64,000 nucleotides of DNA, from contig OX597820.1 in NCBI GenBank assembly GCA_951406725.2, positions 62,000,001-62,064,000 of the forward strand, written 5' to 3'. The stretch is from Octopus vulgaris. Lineage: Eukaryota. The notes below the pieces were generated by a model. The model was not told where the DNA came from and did no database searches. It was given only the letters and a program-made list of their open reading frames with translations. Made by a program: the position numbers and the translations under genes. This document shows positions 59,905 through 64,000 of the stretch, piece by piece (position 1 is the first letter of the stretch; each line of letters starts with the position of its first letter).

Positions 59905-60104
59905 GGCGCAGGTGTGGTTGTGTGGTAAATAGCTTACTTACTAATCATGTGGCTGTGTGGTAAATAGCTTACTTACTAATCATATGGTTCCGGGTTCAGT
60001 CCTACTGCGTGGTACCTAAGGCAAGTATTTTCTACTATAGCCTCGGGCCGACCAAAGCCTTGTGACTGGATTTGGTAGACGGAAAGTGTTAGAAGCCTTT
60101 CATA

Positions 60105-60193
<89 letters not shown>

Positions 60194-60376
60194 GTTTGTG
60201 AGTCTGTGTTTGACCCCCACCCATCACTTCACAAACGATGTTAGTGTGTTTACGTCCCCGCAATACTAGCGGTTCGGAAAAAGAAGCTGATAGAATAAGT
60301 CCCAGGGTCGATTTTTTTCGACTAAAGGCGGTGCTCCACATGGCCACAGTCAAATAAGTGAAACAAATAAAAGAAA
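59905..60376 (+). mobile_element. SINE family A, full length, with a duplicated head segment
   Basis: About 35-bp tandem duplication in the head and an internal (TATC)n tract. Head-to-head with the 59401-59825 copy. Confidence 0.85.
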
Positions 60377-60475
60377 TATATATATATATACACATATAAA
60401 TCGTAAAGCAAGTGGTTTAGCTGTTATGGTTTGGCAGTAATGTTCGCAAGATTGCGGTTTCGATTCCCAGATATG

Positions 60476-60545
60476 CACGTGGGTATATGGCGTAGTGGTT
60501 AAGAGCGCGGGCTATTAACCCCAATATTCCGAGTTCGATTCCAAG
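60476..60545 (+). mobile_element. tRNA-like SINE head fragment
   Basis: TGGCGTAGTGGTTAAGAGCGCGGGC...GAGTTCGATTCC contains A and B boxes but no complete acceptor stem. Confidence 0.55.
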
Positions 60546-60552
60546 GAAATAC

Positions 60553-61040
60553 AGACAATTTATTGAAAAGTGACATTTTGCTCCCCTTGGATTAAACAGC
60601 TGAATTTGCCATTACTAAAAGCCAAGAATTATTATTGACAAACTAACCAAGTGCAACGATAACAAGATTTCTCTCCTTCTCCTTCTTTTCCTTCTTTTTC
60701 TTTAACATTCATTTCAGATACAAACACACACACACACACACGCGCGCACATACATACACATACTCCCTCTCACTAGACAATGACAAAAAGGAAATCCAGA
60801 CAATTTTTTGAAAAGTGACATTTTGCCCCCGTTGGGGTAAACAGCTGGATTTGCCATTACTAAAAGCCAAGAATTGATTATTATTGACAACCTGACCAGC
60901 TGCAAAGAGATCAACACATTTTTTTTCTTCTTTCTCTCCCTTTTCTTCCTTTCCTTCTTTTTCTTTAACACTCTTTTCAGATACAAACATACACACACAC
61001 ATACACCCACACACACGCACACACACACACACACACGCGC
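60553..61040 (+). repeat. Diverged tandem duplication, unit about 245 bp
   Basis: AGACAATTT.TTGAAAAGTGACATTTTGC...TTTCAGATACAAACA(CA)n occurs at about 60553 and about 60798. Confidence 0.85.
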
Positions 61041-61305
61041 ACACACACATGCACACACACATGATCTCTCTCACTTTCTCCCTATTCATCACCCTCGTGT
61101 ACTATCTTATATCTCTCCTCACCACTACACACTCAATAATACTAAAAAAGAGTCAAAATTCCTGCAAAAACTGAGTTCAATTTGAAGACTCCACTAGAAT
61201 GGACGGAAGCGCTGATATATATGATATATGATGTATAAAAACATGTAACATACTAATAAATATCTATAAATATAAAACCATCCGGATATCGGAGTACCTC
61301 ATTTC

Positions 61306-61349
<44 letters not shown>

Positions 61350-61391
61350 TTTAGTATTGTTCCCATCATTATTAACAGGGTGAAAGTCAGT

Positions 61392-61602
61392 GTTGTGCCA
61401 AAATCGTTAGCACACAGGACAAAATGTATTTCGAGACTTTGTCTGTCTTAACGCTCTCAGTTCAAATTCCGCCGATGTCGATTTTGCCTTTTATCCATTC
61501 AGGGTCAATAAAATAAAAACCACTCAAACATTGGGATCGATGTAATGAACTTAGCACACCGCCATAATTTCAAACCTTTTACCTATTGTAGGAAGGGTTA
61601 TT
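61392..61602 (+). mobile_element. SINE family B, degraded
   Basis: Head and core homology, with tail CCTATTGTAGGAAGGGTTATT. Confidence 0.7.
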
Positions 61603-61624
61603 AACAGAGTAATGGAAAAGTAAA

Positions 61625-62477
61625 TTTATCTTCTTAAGCCTTCCTGAAGAAATGACAAGTACCGCTTGTCAGACGGTCCATTTGCTGTCAGCATCATTTG
61701 CGTGGAGGACTTGGCATGCTGTGGTTGAGGATGCGCAGATATGCACTGAGGCTGCGATATCTCCAAGCAATACCTTAACGGTAAGCAGGTGTGGCCCCCG
61801 TATCTTGAGCGCACTTTTCCGCAGCTCGTCTCCTCGACAGAGCTACAGTCCTGGATCAGGCATATACCGAGACAGGGCGCTTGGCACCTAGAGTGTCTCC
61901 ATGCGCTCACAGTCCTCGGCCAGTCGGGCAATGCGGTCGGTGGAAGTTCCACCTTGGAGTTCTATAGGGGATAAGTAGAGGGCAAGAGCGACGACATACT
62001 GTGAAAAGTCCTGGGTTTCGAGGGGGATCAACTGGTCGGTCTCTTCCGGAGGACTTTCGGGCTGGGAACTATGGATAACTTCTAGAAATCTGTGGCCTAG
62101 CAGTGCTGCGGCTTTTTCACCTGAAACGAAAGTGAGGCTGGAGAGGGAGGTACCGTTACCCAGTAAGTTCGTTGAAAGGTGGGTGAACGTGGCAAGAATG
62201 ACCCGCGCGAATAGGCCTATCTAAGTGTGTATCTGTAGGCTGGATGGAAAGGAGAAGAGAGGGTGCTTTCCAGAGGAGCCGTTGGTGTTAAGGGTCCAAA
62301 GTGCGTCAAGTCTCTTTGGTCAGCTTACGGTAGACACCTTGCACCTATTGGGGAAGCATATTCTTGATTTAATCTTTTTGTTAATCGTTGTGCTTGAAGG
62401 ATGTTTACACGTTTACTCGTCTGTGTATCATCCTCTTTGCTTTGTGTTCGACACTGTTGGCCAATTAAACAAAGAAT
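61625..62477 (+). mobile_element. Diverged Tx1-like LINE fragment (sister subfamily), internally deleted
   Basis: Translates to VPLVRRSICCQHHLRGGLGMLWLRMRRYALRLRYL and FPQLVSSTELQSWI...WHLECLHAL, homologous to the 50.5 kb element. Has stops and a deletion near 62108; a different 3'UTR is followed by (TTA)n. Confidence 0.85.
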
Positions 62478-62479
62478 TA

Positions 62480-62546
<67 letters not shown>

Positions 62547-62547
<1 letters not shown>

Positions 62548-62761
62548 AAGGCGACGAGCTGTCAGAATCGTTAGTAATGCGGGCGAAATGTTTAGCGGTC
62601 TTTCGTATGACATTGTGTTCGGAGTTCAAATGCCGGGGTCGACTTCGCTTTTCATTCTTTTGGGGGTCGATAAATTAAGTATCAGTGAAACACTAGGACC
62701 GATGCAATCGATTTGTCCCCACCCACCAAATTTCAGGCCTTTAGTAGACAGGATTATTATT
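62547..62761 (+). mobile_element. SINE family B, TAA-flanked
   Basis: (TTA)n-AAGGCGACGAGCTG...AAATTTCAGGCCTTTAGTAGACAGGATTATTATT. Confidence 0.75.
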
Positions 62762-63716
62762 AATCGGTAAAGTTAGAGGACGAATCAAAGGCGTGAGGTA
62801 ACTTTGTAACTCATGCGGATTGAAACCTTAAAATATATACACATATGCATTTAGTTCTATTTGTCCTACTTGTTCTACAAAGAAACATGTATGCGTGTGC
62901 GTGAGAGAGAGAGAGAGAGAGTGGGGGGAGAGAGAGAGTTCGTGTATGAATGAATATCATCGTGTTTATTTGTTTAGTTTTATATTCACGAAGCTGTACA
63001 AGAAGTAGAGATATTGACCGAACAGAAACAAATGATTTTATCATGTCTATTTTACATACAGAAAGGAAATTTAATAAGATGTATTTACATTTTCTGATTG
63101 GAAGATTGAAATGGAATTTGATAAGTCTGCTAAAATGCCAAAATTTAACTGCTGCATACGTACGCGAATAGGTAACTACACATTGTAAAGACACACACAC
63201 ACACTCACAGACACAAACTCATACGCATACACACATGTATATATGTTTGTATAAACGTACACACAATCATTCAAACAGAGACATACATATATGCCTGCAT
63301 ACTTACAGAAGCACAATTATTTGTATATGTGTGGTGTATGTTTATATGCATATATCTACATATGATATTGCCGTATTATATAATGCTTGAAAGTAGTATT
63401 ACAATACATTATATATAGTTAAAGTTTTCTTCTTTTCCATTACTTTGAGTTTCTTGCCAAACCGCAAACTTCAAATTGTGGCACGTCATTGTTGACTGTT
63501 GTGTGTTTATGTGAATTTATGCTTTATTCACGATAATATATCATTAAGTTTTGTGAACCAACGAATCTAACAACTTACCCCTCACTCTTCCTTACATATA
63601 TATATATGTGAGCATGTAAGTGCGTGCGCTTCTGTGTGTGTGTATGTGTTTCTGTGTGAGTGTGTCTTTATGTGTGCGTGGGTTGGTGTGTCCATATATG
63701 TATGTATTATGCATGG

Positions 63717-63793
<77 letters not shown>

Positions 63794-63854
63794 ATCTATC
63801 TAATCTATCTATCTATCTATATATCTATCTATTTGTGTGTGCGCGTGTGTCTGC

Positions 63855-63927
<73 letters not shown>

Positions 63928-64000
63928 ATGTTACATTACTCGGTAGTCAAGATAAAACTCTGAGTTTCAGATGCCGAAGTGGAAATCCACAACACCATCT

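Overview
This is AT-rich, microsatellite-dense eukaryotic DNA. Its repeat families look like those of a coleoid cephalopod, most probably Octopus (inferred from recall of the SINE/LINE types, not from a search). I found no convincing host protein-coding exon; almost all listed ORFs are microsatellite artefacts. The window is a dense collection of mobile elements: a Tx1/L1-like non-LTR retrotransposon family, R4/Dong-like, RTE and CR1-like LINE pieces, an internally deleted mellifera-type mariner, a probable non-autonomous Helitron and at least three tRNA-derived SINE families. Four observations stand out. (1) Four young 5'-truncated Tx1-like copies each sit between (TATC)n tracts, suggesting a GATA-microsatellite-targeting retrotransposon. 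(2) Six hammerhead-ribozyme motifs lie in small (TA)n-flanked elements, some associated with foldback repeats; they have palindromic stem III, and two carry a compensatory U3-A8 core. (3) One SINE family has swappable 3' tails, one matching the Tx1 3' end, and is repeatedly joined to itself at one fixed site. (4) Different element classes appear to prefer different microsatellite motifs.
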